Shown here piece after piece: positions 1-9,842 of a DNA stretch of 32,000 bases; within the stretch, counting starts at the first letter, position 1; each line of letters begins with the position of its first letter. The DNA is from Pseudidiomarina andamanensis (GTDB lineage: Bacteria; Pseudomonadota; Gammaproteobacteria; Enterobacterales; Alteromonadaceae). The notes below the pieces were generated by a model. That model worked only from the letters and a program-made list of their open reading frames with translations, made no database searches and had not been told where the DNA came from. The stretch is taken from NCBI RefSeq assembly GCF_009734345.1, contig NZ_CP032551.1, forward strand, positions 540,001-572,000, read 5' to 3'. Position numbers and translations under genes: made by a program.

Positions 1-1
1 A

Positions 2-784
2 TTTGACCATGCTGTGGCTAATGGTGCGAAGCCATTCCAGCGTCACACGGCAGCAGGCGAGGAAGAGTTTCCCGCGGTGTATGGTATCGGTGAAAGCGTG
101 CTGTACTTCGTTGATAAAGATATTTACACCAACGACTTTGACTTCTATGACAACTGGGAAGCGAAGATGAAAGATCACGCGGCTGGTTTGTATGAAGTTG
201 ATCATCTAACTCATAACGTATTCCGCGGCAACATGGATACTTGGGCTGGCTTCTATGAGCGCATTGGTAACTTCCGTGAAATCCGCTATTTCGATATCGA
301 AGGTAAATTGACTGGCTTGTTGAGCCGTGCGATGACTGCGCCATGCGGTAAGATTCGCATTCCAATTAACGAGTCGCACGATGACAAATCACAAATTGAA
401 GAATACTTGCGTGAGTATAACGGCGAAGGCATTCAGCACATCGCGTTAACCTCTGACGACATCTACAAAACTGTACGTGACTTGCGCGCTATCGGTATGG
501 ATTTCATGCCAACGCCTGATACTTACTACGCGAAGATTGATGAGCGTGTAGAAGGTCACGAAGAGAATGTTGATGAATTACGTGAGTTGCAGATTTTGAT
601 TGATGGGGCGCCAATGAAAGACGGTATTCTGCTACAAATTTTCACGCAAACCGTGATTGGCCCGGTATTCTTCGAAATTATTCAACGCAAAGGCAACGAA
701 GGCTTTGGTGAAGGTAATTTCAAAGCTTTATTTGAATCAATTGAAGAAGATCAAATCCGTCGTGGAGTATTAAGCGATGCGTAA
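2..784 (+). CDS. hppD: 4-hydroxyphenylpyruvate dioxygenase, C-terminal part (gene begins left of the window)
   Basis: The frame is open from base 2, with no stop before the GTG at 14 used by the ORF track, so the gene is cut by the window edge. The C-terminal tail GNEGFGEGNFKALFESIEEDQIRRGVL is typical of HPPD. It is the first gene of an hppD-hmgA-FAH-maiA operon. Confidence 0.9.
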   Translation, partial: FDHAVANGAKPFQRHTAAGEEEFPAVYGIGESVLYFVDKDIYTNDFDFYDNWEAKMKDHAAGLYEVDHLTHNVFRGNMDTWAGFYERIGNFREIRYFDIEGKLTGLLSRAMTAPCGKIRIPINESHDDKSQIEEYLREYNGEGIQHIALTSDDIYKTVRDLRAIGMDFMPTPDTYYAKIDERVEGHEENVDELRELQILIDGAPMKDGILLQIFTQTVIGPVFFEIIQRKGNEGFGEGNFKALFESIEEDQIRRGVLSDA

Positions 785-1922
785 ATGGATTAGCTTTCCG
801 AAACAAGTTGGTGTGGCCTCGAAGCAGGCTCACGCTGATTTTCCGGAGCAAGCGATCTTTGAACGCGAAGTAGGGCGTAGTGGTTTCTTTGGTCCCGCAA
901 CGCACTTTCATCATCGCCATGCTCCAACGGGTTGGAGTAATTGGGAAGGCGAGTTACGTCCGCGTAACTTCGACTTCAACAAACTTGATAACGTTGCCAC
1001 AGAATCACCGTGGCAAGTACCAATGTTGCTGCATAACGCCCAGTGTAAATTTCGCATTTGGCATTGCTATGAGCGTATGGACTTTTTAGTTCGTAATGCC
1101 GACGGCGATGAATTGCTGTTTATTCATGAAGGGCGTGGCGAGCTGTTTTGCGATTATGGTCACATCACACTCGAGAAAGGGGATTATTTCGCGATTCCGC
1201 GTTCAACTTCATGGCGCATTGAGCCGCTTGAACCGATGCAAATCGTGATGATTGAGGCGACCAACAGCGCTTATCAGTTACCAGAGAAAGGTCTGGTTGG
1301 TAATCATGCGATCTTTGATCCGGCCTGTCTTGACACACCAGATATCGATGCGGCGTTTAAAGCGCAATACAGCGAAGATAGCTGGCAGGTTCAAGTGAAG
1401 CGTCATGGCAAAATTTCAGTGATTACCTATCCATTTAATCCGCTTGATGCCATTGGCTGGCACGGTGATTTAGCGCCAGTTCGGATTAATTGGCGCGATA
1501 TTCGTCCGCTAATGAGCCACCGTTATCATTTACCTCCGTCAGCGCATACAACATTTGTAGCTGATGGCTTTGTGGTGTGCACATTTGTACCGCGCCCAAT
1601 TGAGTCTGATCCAGGTGCGTTAAAAGTACCGTTTTACCACAATAACGATGATTACGATGAAGTGTTGTTCTACCATGAAGGTGATTTCTTCAGTCGTGAT
1701 AACATCGACAAAGGTATGGTAACCTTCCATCCAGCCGGATTCACGCACGGGCCGCATCCGAAGGCATTTCAGGCAGGTTTAGAGTATCGTAAAAAGTTCA
1801 CCGACGAAGTTGCGGTGATGCTGGATACTCGCAATGCGCTAGAAATGGGCGATGTTTGCGCCAGCGTAGAAAATCCTGATTACGTAAATAGCTGGAAAGC
1901 TAAAGACGACAATAAGGCATAA
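777..1922 (+). CDS. hmgA: homogentisate 1,2-dioxygenase (short Vibrio/Shewanella-type form)
   Basis: 381-aa ORF. Its ATG at 777 overlaps the hppD stop (782-784) by 8 nt. It sits between hppD and an FAH-family gene. The His/Glu-rich C-terminal block (FYHNNDDYDEVLFYHEG ... FHPAGFTHGPHP) fits a metal-binding dioxygenase. The call rests on operon context and remembered family resemblance, not on an alignment. Confidence 0.7.
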   Translation: MRKWISFPKQVGVASKQAHADFPEQAIFEREVGRSGFFGPATHFHHRHAPTGWSNWEGELRPRNFDFNKLDNVATESPWQVPMLLHNAQCKFRIWHCYERMDFLVRNADGDELLFIHEGRGELFCDYGHITLEKGDYFAIPRSTSWRIEPLEPMQIVMIEATNSAYQLPEKGLVGNHAIFDPACLDTPDIDAAFKAQYSEDSWQVQVKRHGKISVITYPFNPLDAIGWHGDLAPVRINWRDIRPLMSHRYHLPPSAHTTFVADGFVVCTFVPRPIESDPGALKVPFYHNNDDYDEVLFYHEGDFFSRDNIDKGMVTFHPAGFTHGPHPKAFQAGLEYRKKFTDEVAVMLDTRNALEMGDVCASVENPDYVNSWKAKDDNKA

Positions 1923-1928
1923 CGATTT

Positions 1929-2954
1929 ATGAAGTTTGCAACGTATCGAAATGGAACCCGTGACGGCCAATTAATGTTGGTCAGTCGCGATTTAAAGAAA
2001 GCAGTCGCGGTACCCGCAATTGCTGCCACGTTACAAGAAGTGTTGGATGAGTGGGACGCGGTTGCGCCGCAGTTAGAGCAGGCCTATCAAGCATTAAACA
2101 ACGGTGAGCTAGACGACGCTGAAGCGTTTGATGAGAGCTTGTGTGAATCGCCATTGCCACGCGCTTATCAATGGGCAGACGGTAGTGCTTATGTGAATCA
2201 CGTTGAGTTGGTGCGTAAAGCACGTAACGCAGAAATGCCGCCAAGTTTTTGGACCGACCCATTAATGTATCAAGGTGGGTCAGATGACTTCCTTGGGCCA
2301 AAAGATGCTATCGAAATGGCGGATACCTCATGGGGTATCGATTTTGAGGGCGAGATTGCGGTTATTACTGACGATGTGCCAATGGGCGTTGAGGCAACTG
2401 AAGCCGGTCAATATATCCGTTTACTCATGTTAGTGAACGATGTGTCATTGCGTGGCCTCATTCCAAATGAATTAGGCAAAGGCTTTGGTTTCTTTCAGTC
2501 AAAACCATCATCAGCATTCTCACCAGTTGCGGTAACCCCAGATGAATTGGGTGAAAAATGGCGTGATAACAAGGTGCATCTGCCATTGTTGAGCTACTAT
2601 AACGGGAAGCCTTTTGGTAAACCTAACGCTGGCGAAGACATGACCTTTGATTTCGCGCAGCTCGTAGCTCATGCGGCGAAGACGCGTCATTTGGGCGCCG
2701 GTGCGATTATTGGCTCAGGCACTGTTTCAAATAAGCAAGGCACCGATCACGGAAGTGCTATTGCTGAAGGCGGTGTCGGCTATAGTTGTATTGCCGAAGT
2801 GCGGATGATTGAAACCATCCGTGACGGACAACCGAGCACTGGGTTTATGCAATTTGGTGACACCATCAAAATTGAAATGACAGATGCGCAAGGCCACAGT
2901 ATTTTTGGCAGCATTGACCAAAAAGTGGTTCAGTATTCGCCATCTGACGATTAA
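1929..2954 (+). CDS. fumarylacetoacetate hydrolase (FAH) family protein, probable fumarylacetoacetase of the homogentisate pathway
   Basis: 341-aa ORF starting 7 nt after hmgA and lying directly before maiA. Its size and acidic metal-site-like segments (IDFEGEIAVIT, LMLVNDVSLR) fit the short bacterial FAH fold. Pathway logic requires this step here. Confidence 0.75.
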   Translation: MKFATYRNGTRDGQLMLVSRDLKKAVAVPAIAATLQEVLDEWDAVAPQLEQAYQALNNGELDDAEAFDESLCESPLPRAYQWADGSAYVNHVELVRKARNAEMPPSFWTDPLMYQGGSDDFLGPKDAIEMADTSWGIDFEGEIAVITDDVPMGVEATEAGQYIRLLMLVNDVSLRGLIPNELGKGFGFFQSKPSSAFSPVAVTPDELGEKWRDNKVHLPLLSYYNGKPFGKPNAGEDMTFDFAQLVAHAAKTRHLGAGAIIGSGTVSNKQGTDHGSAIAEGGVGYSCIAEVRMIETIRDGQPSTGFMQFGDTIKIEMTDAQGHSIFGSIDQKVVQYSPSDD

Positions 2955-2968
2955 TTGCGGAGTTGATT

Positions 2969-3610
2969 ATGGAGCTCTACGGCTACTGGCGTTCAAGCGC
3001 CAGTTACCGGGCGCGAATTGCGCTCAACTATAAGCAGTTAGACTACAACTACATTCCGGTTCACCTCATTAAAGAAGGTGGCGAGCAACATAAGCAATCG
3101 TATCGTCAGCTTAACCCTAATGGGTTAGTACCGACGTTAGTTGATGGCAGCGTTATTTTGCATCAATCGCTGGCAATTATGGAATATTTGGATGAGAAGT
3201 ATCCAGAGCCATCATTGTTGCCGGGAAATGCACAAAAGCGCGGTGCAATTCGGGCGCTTTCGTTAGATATCGCCAGTGAATTACAACCGTTAATTAATTT
3301 GCGTGTGCAGCAATATTTGGTGCGTGAATTAGGTGCTGATGACAACGCGAAGCAAGCCTGGTTACAGCACTGGTTCCGGCAAAGCTTCACTGCTTTTGAA
3401 CGTAATCTCGAAGAAGTCGCTGGCAAGTATTGTGTCGGTGATGAATTTTCGATGGCTGATATCTGCTTAGTGCCGCAAGTGTATAGCGCTGAGCGGTTCG
3501 GTATTTCTCTCGATGAGTATCCGCTGCTGCGCGAAGTCTATGCGCGATTGGTTGAGTTACCGTGGGTTGCCAAGGCTCATCCGAGTCAGCAACCAGATGC
3601 GGAAAACTAA
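2969..3610 (+). CDS. maiA: maleylacetoacetate isomerase (zeta-class glutathione S-transferase)
   Basis: N-terminal LYGYWRSSASYRARIAL matches the zeta-GST SSxxxRxRIAL motif. The ATG at 2969 is preceded by GGAG (2959-2962). The ORF-track start at 2963 is a TTG two codons upstream. Confidence 0.85.
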   Translation: MELYGYWRSSASYRARIALNYKQLDYNYIPVHLIKEGGEQHKQSYRQLNPNGLVPTLVDGSVILHQSLAIMEYLDEKYPEPSLLPGNAQKRGAIRALSLDIASELQPLINLRVQQYLVRELGADDNAKQAWLQHWFRQSFTAFERNLEEVAGKYCVGDEFSMADICLVPQVYSAERFGISLDEYPLLREVYARLVELPWVAKAHPSQQPDAEN

Positions 3611-3643
3611 CCGCAATTACCTTGAACTTCATCGCACAAAGTG

Positions 3644-3679
3644 AATGCCCAGCTCGTAAGTTGCTGGGCATTTTGTTTT
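3644..3679 (+). terminator. rho-independent terminator of the hppD-maiA operon
   Basis: 10-bp stem AATGCCCAGC (3644-3653) / GCTGGGCATT (3663-3672) with a 9-nt loop, followed by TTTTGTTTT. Confidence 0.8.
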
Positions 3680-3741
3680 AATGAAACGATTTTAAAAATA
3701 TATAGTTGTTTACTAAGGCTTGATTAACAAGGACCATAACA

Positions 3742-6213
3742 ATGAAAACAAAAGTTGCAATAGCGATTGCCGCGGCTTTGATGAGTGCTTCGTGTGCAAT
3801 GACCGAGGCACCTGCAGCACCGCAACAAATAACCCCGCCAACAGTATTAGCGACCGCCGAGAATAATCAGGCCATTGCTGGTCAAGTGTTGACGTTAAAG
3901 CAAATTATGTCGGATCAAGATTGGGTGGCGCGTTCACCAACCAATGCCTATTGGATGCTTGATGGTAGTGGCGTGTTGTACCAGCAAAAACGCGAAGGCT
4001 CTGTACTTAGCGATTGGTACCATCAGCCGCTCGATAAAGAAGCACATCAAGTGCCGTTAGATAAGCTACATAATTATGCGTATAACGATGGTATTTACAA
4101 TTCGGATAAATCGCTACTCGCATACACTTTTGAAGGTAATGTTTTCGTTCGTGATTTAGTTAAGAATGAAACCCGCCAACTGACTCGTGATGAAGAACGG
4201 CAATCGCAATTGGTATTTTTAACCAACGGTCACTTGGCGTACCGTCAAGAAAATGACTTTTTCAGTGTTGACCCACGCTCTGGTCTTACGGAACAAATTG
4301 CGGCTTTAGCGTTGCGTGATAAACCAAAGGCAAATAGCGAACCGAAAGATTTTATTGCGCGCGAACAGCAAGATCTGATTGAGTTTGTTCAAGTTGAGCG
4401 CAAGAACAAAGCCGACCGTTTTGCGCAACATGAAGCGTTGTATGCAGGTAATGCTTCACTGGCGCCTGAACCATTTTTCTTGGGTGAAGGAAAACAAATT
4501 GTTGCAACCAGTTTGTCGCCAGCAGGCGATAAATTGATTGTCGCGATTAGTGCGCCGCAGAAGTGGCGTGAAGACGGCGATATTATGCCGAACTACGTCA
4601 CTGAAGATGGTCGTGTTGCAGCTGAACCAGTGCGTTCACGCGTGGCTGATGCGAAGCCAGTTGAGCATGAAATTTTAGTGCTTGATTTGGCATCAGGTGA
4701 GCAAACAACGTTGACATATAATACGTTGCCAGGCTGGAACGAAGATGTGTTGGCTGAAGTACGCCGTGAGAACTATGCAGCTGAAGGTAAAACCTATAAA
4801 TCAGAGAAAAAGCCACGCCCAATTACATTGATGCAAGATTGGGGCTGGCAAGCGGGTGCGATTCGTTGGACTGACGACGGTGAGCATGCGGCACTGATGT
4901 TAGAGGCGTGGGATAATAAAGATCGTTGGATCGCCTCAGTGGATTTCGCCGGTAAGCGTTTTGTAAGCCAAGACCGTTTGCATGACGACGCATGGATTAA
5001 CTACACCCATAATGAATTTGGTTTCTTGCCAGACTCAGATACCTTGTGGTTCCAATCAGAAGCCGACGGCTACTCGCATTTATATGTGAAGCCATTAAAC
5101 GGCACAACCAAACAGCTAACGCGCGGTAAATACGTTGTTGAAGATCCAACCGTTAGCAGCAATGGCGAATTCATATACTTCAGCGCCAATAAACCACATC
5201 CAGGTAATTATGAAATTTACCGTGTGCGTACGGATAACGCTGAACTTGAACAGTTGACGGCGCTGGGTGGTATCAATAACTATGAGTTGAGTCCACAAGA
5301 AGATAGTTTATTGGTCAAGCATTCAACGGCGTTGCAACCTGAAGAACTGTACGTACAAAAGATAGGTTCAGATACAGCACAGCGTTTGACTAATACGGCA
5401 ACTGAACAATTCATGAGCTTTGATTGGGTTGCGCCTGAAATTGTGCCAGTACCGTCAAGCCACGTTGCTGATCCTATTTATACCCGTGTTTATTACCCAA
5501 AAGACTATGATCCGAACCGTGCTGAGAAATATCCTGCCGTTGTGTTTATTCATGGCGCCGGATATTTACAAAACGCGCATGCAGGCTGGTCTGGGTATCA
5601 GCGTGAGTTCATGTTCCATACATTCTTAACCCAGCAAGGTTATGTGGTATTGGATTTGGATTACCGTGGCTCAAAAGGCTATGGTCGTGATTGGCGTACG
5701 GCAATTTATCGTCAAATGGGCACGCCAGAAGTTGAAGATTTAGTTGATGTGGTGAAATGGGCAGGTGAGAATACCAATGTAGATACAAACCGCATGGGTA
5801 CTTACGGTGGCTCTTATGGTGGTTTCTTGACGTTTATGGCGCTATTTAAAGAGCCTGGTTTGTTCAAAGCGGGTTCGGCATTACGCCCAGTAAGTGATTG
5901 GGCGCATTATAATACCGGCTATACGTCAAATATTCTGAACCTGCCAGATGATGATCCGATTGCATATCGTCGCAGTTCACCAATTTACTTCACTGAAGGT
6001 CTCGAAGATGCCTTATTAATCAACTCGCCGATGGTTGATGACAACGTATTCTTTCAAGATAGTGTTCGTTTGGTTCAGCGCTTAATTGAGCATGAGAAAG
6101 AAGATTTTGAGACGGCTATTTTCCCAGTAGAGCCGCATGGTTTCCGTCAGCCATCAAGCTGGTTGGATGAATACCGTCGTATCTTCAAACTGTTTGAGGA
6201 GAACCTGAAGTAA
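3742..6213 (+). CDS. secreted S9-family serine peptidase (prolyl oligopeptidase / dipeptidyl-peptidase type), possible lipoprotein
   Basis: Signal peptide MKTKVAIAIAAALMSASC, with a Cys that could be a lipobox cysteine. A long N-terminal region is consistent with a beta-propeller. The C-terminal alpha/beta-hydrolase part has the nucleophile elbow GTYGGSYGGFLT and later Asp/His blocks (VDDNVFF, PVEPHGF). AAGGA RBS before the ATG. Confidence 0.85.
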   Translation: MKTKVAIAIAAALMSASCAMTEAPAAPQQITPPTVLATAENNQAIAGQVLTLKQIMSDQDWVARSPTNAYWMLDGSGVLYQQKREGSVLSDWYHQPLDKEAHQVPLDKLHNYAYNDGIYNSDKSLLAYTFEGNVFVRDLVKNETRQLTRDEERQSQLVFLTNGHLAYRQENDFFSVDPRSGLTEQIAALALRDKPKANSEPKDFIAREQQDLIEFVQVERKNKADRFAQHEALYAGNASLAPEPFFLGEGKQIVATSLSPAGDKLIVAISAPQKWREDGDIMPNYVTEDGRVAAEPVRSRVADAKPVEHEILVLDLASGEQTTLTYNTLPGWNEDVLAEVRRENYAAEGKTYKSEKKPRPITLMQDWGWQAGAIRWTDDGEHAALMLEAWDNKDRWIASVDFAGKRFVSQDRLHDDAWINYTHNEFGFLPDSDTLWFQSEADGYSHLYVKPLNGTTKQLTRGKYVVEDPTVSSNGEFIYFSANKPHPGNYEIYRVRTDNAELEQLTALGGINNYELSPQEDSLLVKHSTALQPEELYVQKIGSDTAQRLTNTATEQFMSFDWVAPEIVPVPSSHVADPIYTRVYYPKDYDPNRAEKYPAVVFIHGAGYLQNAHAGWSGYQREFMFHTFLTQQGYVVLDLDYRGSKGYGRDWRTAIYRQMGTPEVEDLVDVVKWAGENTNVDTNRMGTYGGSYGGFLTFMALFKEPGLFKAGSALRPVSDWAHYNTGYTSNILNLPDDDPIAYRRSSPIYFTEGLEDALLINSPMVDDNVFFQDSVRLVQRLIEHEKEDFETAIFPVEPHGFRQPSSWLDEYRRIFKLFEENLK

Positions 6214-6246
6214 ATTCAGGTTCGTTCGAACCACAAGTGAACGCCC

Positions 6247-6283
6247 ATAAAAAATCCCAGCACTAAGCTGGGATTTTTATTTG
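6247..6283. terminator. bidirectional rho-independent terminator between the S9 peptidase gene (+) and rne (-)
   Basis: 12-bp stem AAAAATCCCAGC (6250-6261) / GCTGGGATTTTT (6267-6278) with a 5-nt loop. A-run and T-run flanks give a U-tract on either strand. Confidence 0.85.
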
Positions 6284-6313
6284 CGCATCGATTACGCAGA
6301 AGATGACCGACAC

Positions 6314-9300
6314 TTATTGGGTTTTGGTCATTTCCGCGTATGTTACTGAACGAGCTTCGCTGAAACTCGCCGCGCGTGCATCTTTATTAAATGGCAAACG
6401 TACGTCGCCAGATGCAACCGCTAGCGGTGTGAAGCTATCGGTGCGTTCAACGGCACTGGCTTTCGCCATTGGTGCAGTTGTAACGCGTCCACGCACATGT
6501 GGCTTCTTCGTTGCAGCAACAGGTTTTGTTTCCGCTTGCTCTGCTACTATTTCAACTTGCTCAACCGATTGTTCGGTTTTGCTTTCTTCAACTACTGGCG
6601 CGTTAGTTTCAGTTGAGTCTTTGGCTGTTGTTTCAACTTTCGCTTCAACTTTCGTGTCAACTTGTGGTTCGACAGTTTCGTTGTTTGCCTTCGTCTCAAC
6701 CGGAGCATCTTCTACCTCAGCTGAAGTGACTGGCGCAGAAACCTCTGGCTCGGCTGAAACTTCAGGTGTTTCCGGTTGCTCGACCGGTTTTGCTTCTGCA
6801 GTTTCTGCGGTAGCTTCTGACGATTGCGTTTCAACGACTGGTGTTTCTGCAACTTCTGACTCTGCAGAATCACTCGTAGCATCTTCTTGTGCGGCACTGT
6901 CTTGTTCTGCTTTACGACGTTGACCAGCAGCACGTTGATGACGCGGTGAACGACGGCTACGATTGCGACCACGAGGTGTTGCTGTATCGTTATCGTCAGC
7001 GTTGTCGTTGGTTGCATCTGCAGTAGCGTTTGCAGATGTTTCAGTTGTCGCCTCAGTTGTTGCTTGATCGGCCTGAACTTCATTTGCAGCCGCTTCAACT
7101 TGCTTGGTAGCGGTTGCGTCAGACGTCACATCCGCTTCTGCAGTTTCTGGCACGGGTTGCTTTGCAGTTGGTTCTTGTGCCGATTCTGGTGATGTAGCTT
7201 GAGCTTGCTCTGCAGCCTTCTCACCGGTTACGCGCACTGATTGATCCAATTTGCGACGTTGACGGCGCTGCTTTGGTGCTGTCTTACGCTCTTCGGCAGT
7301 AGCTGCTGACTCAGAACCTTTTGCTTCAGTTGTCTTCGCTGCAACGTTGGTATCTTGTTCAACGTTTTGCTTATTGCGATTACGACCACCGCGACGACGT
7401 CCGCCACGCTCATTACGTTGCTCTTTCTGATCGTCCTTCGGTGCCTTGGTATCGCTTGCCTTAGCTGCTTCAGGTGCATTCGCTTCTTTGTCTTGATCGC
7501 GACCACGACCACGGTTATTACCACGACGACGATTGTTGCCACGATTATTACGGCGTTGGTTATTATTGTTACGACGTTGCTGATTCGATTTTTTGTTCTT
7601 ATCAGATTCCTTACTGTCGTCGTCACTGCTGAATAAGCCAGCTAACCATTTACCTAATCGGGCGAATAAACCAGGGCCGGTATCAGCTTTCGTGGCGGGC
7701 TTCGCTGCTGCTGCAGTTGGCGTGGGTGCTGGTGCGGCCGGTGCTTGTAAACCTTTTAAAGCCGGCTCTTCAAAGCTTGGCTTGTCTTTGTTTAGTACAA
7801 TTTCAGTGCTGGTATCTTCAGGTTTTTCGATCAACGTGAAGCTGTTAGCTTCCTCTAACTCATCATTACGTAAACGCTTCACATCGAAATGCGGCGTTTC
7901 AAGGTGTGGATTCGGAATGACGAGAACCGACACATTATGACGTTTTTCAATGTCGAAGATTGACTGGCGCTTCTCATTTAACAAATAAGTCGCAACCGTT
8001 ACCGGTACTTGCGCTTGAACTTGAATGGTATTGTCTTTCAGTGCTTCTTCTTCAATCAGACGCAAAATAGACAGGGCCAATGATTCAGCTGAACGAATGG
8101 TGCCGTGACCGCTGCAACGCGGGCAGACATGATTCGATGCTTCGCCAAGCGATGGACGTAAACGCTGACGTGACATTTCTAACAAGCCAAAACGTGAAAT
8201 GCGTGCGACTTGAATACGCGCACGGTCTTGCTTCAGGCTATCACGTAAGCGATTCTCAACTTCGCGCTGATGACGGGTAGGGGTCATATCGATAAAGTCG
8301 ATAACAACCAAGCCGCCAACGTCACGCAGGCGCAACTGACGTGCAATTTCTTCGGCAGCTTCTAAGTTGGTTTGAAACGCCGTTTCTTCGATATCGCCGC
8401 CCTTGGTAGCGCGAGCCGAGTTAATATCGATTGAAGTTAGTGCTTCGGTTGGATCAATTACAATTGAACCACCTGATGGCAAACGAACCTCGCGCTGAAA
8501 CGCAGATTCAATTTGGCTTTCAATTTGGTAGTGATTAAATAGTGGTACATCACCTTGATAAATCTTCACCCGATTGACGAAATCAGGGCGAATTAAGGTG
8601 ACGTGATCACGTACTTGCTCGAATACTTTTTGGTTATCGATAAGCACTTCACCAATATCACGACGCAGATAATCGCGAATGGCGCGAAATACCACATTAC
8701 TTTCTTGGTGAATTAAAAACGGAGCAGGGCGCGAGCCGGCGGCTTTTTCAATGGCATCCCAGTGATGCAAAAGAACGTTTAAATCCCACTCAAGTTCTTC
8801 TTGTGATTTACCAACACCAGCGGTACGAACAATTAAGCCCATGCTGCTTGGTAAGTTTAATGCATCGAGGGTTGCTTTTAATTCACTGCGCTCATCACCT
8901 TCAATGCGGCGTGAAATACCACCGGCACGAGGGTTGTTTGGCATTAACACTAAATAGCTACCAGCCAATGAGATAAAGGTTGTTAATGCGGCGCCTTTTT
9001 GGCCACGTTCTTCTTTATCTATTTGAACGATAACTTCTTGGCCTTCAGAAATAACGTCTTTAATATTCGGACGACCTGAAAACGAGTAACCGTCAGGGAA
9101 GTAGGTTTTAGCAATTTCTTTGAGAGGTAGGAAACCATGGCGTTCAGCGCCATAATCAACAAACGCAGCTTCTAAGCTCGGTTCGATGCGGGTAATTTTA
9201 CCCTTGTAGATGTTGGCTTTCTTTTGTTCATGACCAGGACTTTCAATATCCAAATCATAAAGACGCTGGCCATCGACCAGCGCAACGCGCAATTCCTCTT

Positions 9301-9331
9301 GCTGCGTTGCATTAATTAACATTCTTTTCAT
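6314..9331 (-). CDS. rne: ribonuclease E
   Basis: 1005 aa. The N-terminus [30 protein letters not shown] is the canonical RNase E/G start (S1 domain). A CPRCSGHG Zn-link, an amphipathic membrane-targeting helix and a long Arg-rich/acidic disordered C-terminal half are present. rluC is divergently adjacent, as in E. coli. Confidence 0.97.
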   Translation of the reverse strand: MKRMLINATQQEELRVALVDGQRLYDLDIESPGHEQKKANIYKGKITRIEPSLEAAFVDYGAERHGFLPLKEIAKTYFPDGYSFSGRPNIKDVISEGQEVIVQIDKEERGQKGAALTTFISLAGSYLVLMPNNPRAGGISRRIEGDERSELKATLDALNLPSSMGLIVRTAGVGKSQEELEWDLNVLLHHWDAIEKAAGSRPAPFLIHQESNVVFRAIRDYLRRDIGEVLIDNQKVFEQVRDHVTLIRPDFVNRVKIYQGDVPLFNHYQIESQIESAFQREVRLPSGGSIVIDPTEALTSIDINSARATKGGDIEETAFQTNLEAAEEIARQLRLRDVGGLVVIDFIDMTPTRHQREVENRLRDSLKQDRARIQVARISRFGLLEMSRQRLRPSLGEASNHVCPRCSGHGTIRSAESLALSILRLIEEEALKDNTIQVQAQVPVTVATYLLNEKRQSIFDIEKRHNVSVLVIPNPHLETPHFDVKRLRNDELEEANSFTLIEKPEDTSTEIVLNKDKPSFEEPALKGLQAPAAPAPTPTAAAAKPATKADTGPGLFARLGKWLAGLFSSDDDSKESDKNKKSNQQRRNNNNQRRNNRGNNRRRGNNRGRGRDQDKEANAPEAAKASDTKAPKDDQKEQRNERGGRRRGGRNRNKQNVEQDTNVAAKTTEAKGSESAATAEERKTAPKQRRQRRKLDQSVRVTGEKAAEQAQATSPESAQEPTAKQPVPETAEADVTSDATATKQVEAAANEVQADQATTEATTETSANATADATNDNADDNDTATPRGRNRSRRSPRHQRAAGQRRKAEQDSAAQEDATSDSAESEVAETPVVETQSSEATAETAEAKPVEQPETPEVSAEPEVSAPVTSAEVEDAPVETKANNETVEPQVDTKVEAKVETTAKDSTETNAPVVEESKTEQSVEQVEIVAEQAETKPVAATKKPHVRGRVTTAPMAKASAVERTDSFTPLAVASGDVRLPFNKDARAASFSEARSVTYAEMTKTQ
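7496..7582 (-). other. rne: first arginine/asparagine-rich RNA-binding-like segment of RNase E ([29 protein letters not shown])
   Basis: Codons 584-612. The DNA is a run of near-repeated CGx/AAY codons. This repetition also produces long spurious ORFs in other frames on both strands. Confidence 0.6.
7631..7669 (-). other. rne: putative membrane-targeting amphipathic helix of RNase E ([13 protein letters not shown], codons 555-567)
   Basis: The in-frame segment [18 protein letters not shown] lies just after the catalytic half. Its position and alternating hydrophobic/basic character match E. coli segment A (MTS). Confidence 0.6.
8102..8125 (-). other. rne: RNase E Zn-link motif CPRCSGHG (codons 403-410)
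   Basis: The reverse complement of 8102-8125 reads TGC CCG CGT TGC AGC GGT CAC GGC, in frame with rne. It matches the CPxCxGxG Zn-link of E. coli RNase E (Cys404/Cys407). Confidence 0.85.
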
Positions 9332-9334
9332 TGT

Positions 9335-9360
9335 TTGTAGCTCGTTATGTCGGGCTACAA
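9335..9360 (-). promoter_or_regulatory. stem-loop in the rne leader ending 3 nt upstream of the rne AUG
   Basis: On the rne strand: TTGTAGC-CCGACATAACGA-GCTACAA-ACA-AUG. The 7-bp stem has a 12-nt loop. The only SD-like purines (ACGAG) lie in the loop/3' arm. The position is analogous to the SD-proximal hairpin of the autoregulated E. coli rne leader. Confidence 0.4.
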
Positions 9361-9842
9361 CACAGTACGACAGGCGTTCGCCATCGCTATTTCGAGATTG
9401 AATTGTTTTCTATTAGGGTTACTAACTAACACCTAACATCCCCCGTTTTACTACTTGGTATAAACGTGAGACTTGCAATTTGTTACCAAGCCGAAATGCG
9501 CTTGTAAAGGCCATACTGCGTTGCAGCATTGGTTCTTCAATTTGGTTTGATTTATTAAAAGGCGGTGCACTCAATCAATCTTCAAAACACAATTCGGTGA
9601 AGATGAGCCAATGATATTCCGTGCCATCAACTTCTCGATGCCGTTGTATATAAACGAGCTTTCGTAAGCTGAGGTGGATGAATTGGCAGTGATGCTTTCC
9701 GCTCAAACCACGCGTTAAATTTTTTCTTTTCTCGCATCAATGCGGGCATTTACCTGCTACGCATGATGTACCGCTCTCAGTTTAACCGGTGCGGATTTTT
9801 CCGGTTCTTGATTATCCCACGAAATTCGTTGTAAATACAAGA

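Noticed and set aside
6303-7940. A cluster of long ORFs overlapping the rne 3' half in other frames and on the plus strand (6303-6923, 6712-7098, 7228-7626, 7355-7636, 7593-7940). Some encode Ser/Thr/Ala-rich or Thr/Ile/Val-rich low-complexity proteins.
   Set aside because: They lie entirely inside the compositionally biased, repetitive scaffold-coding part of rne. Stop codons are depleted in several frames there because of runs of CGx/AAY/GAA/ACx codons. None has an RBS or a recognisable domain. The rne frame is continuous with the unmistakable catalytic half.
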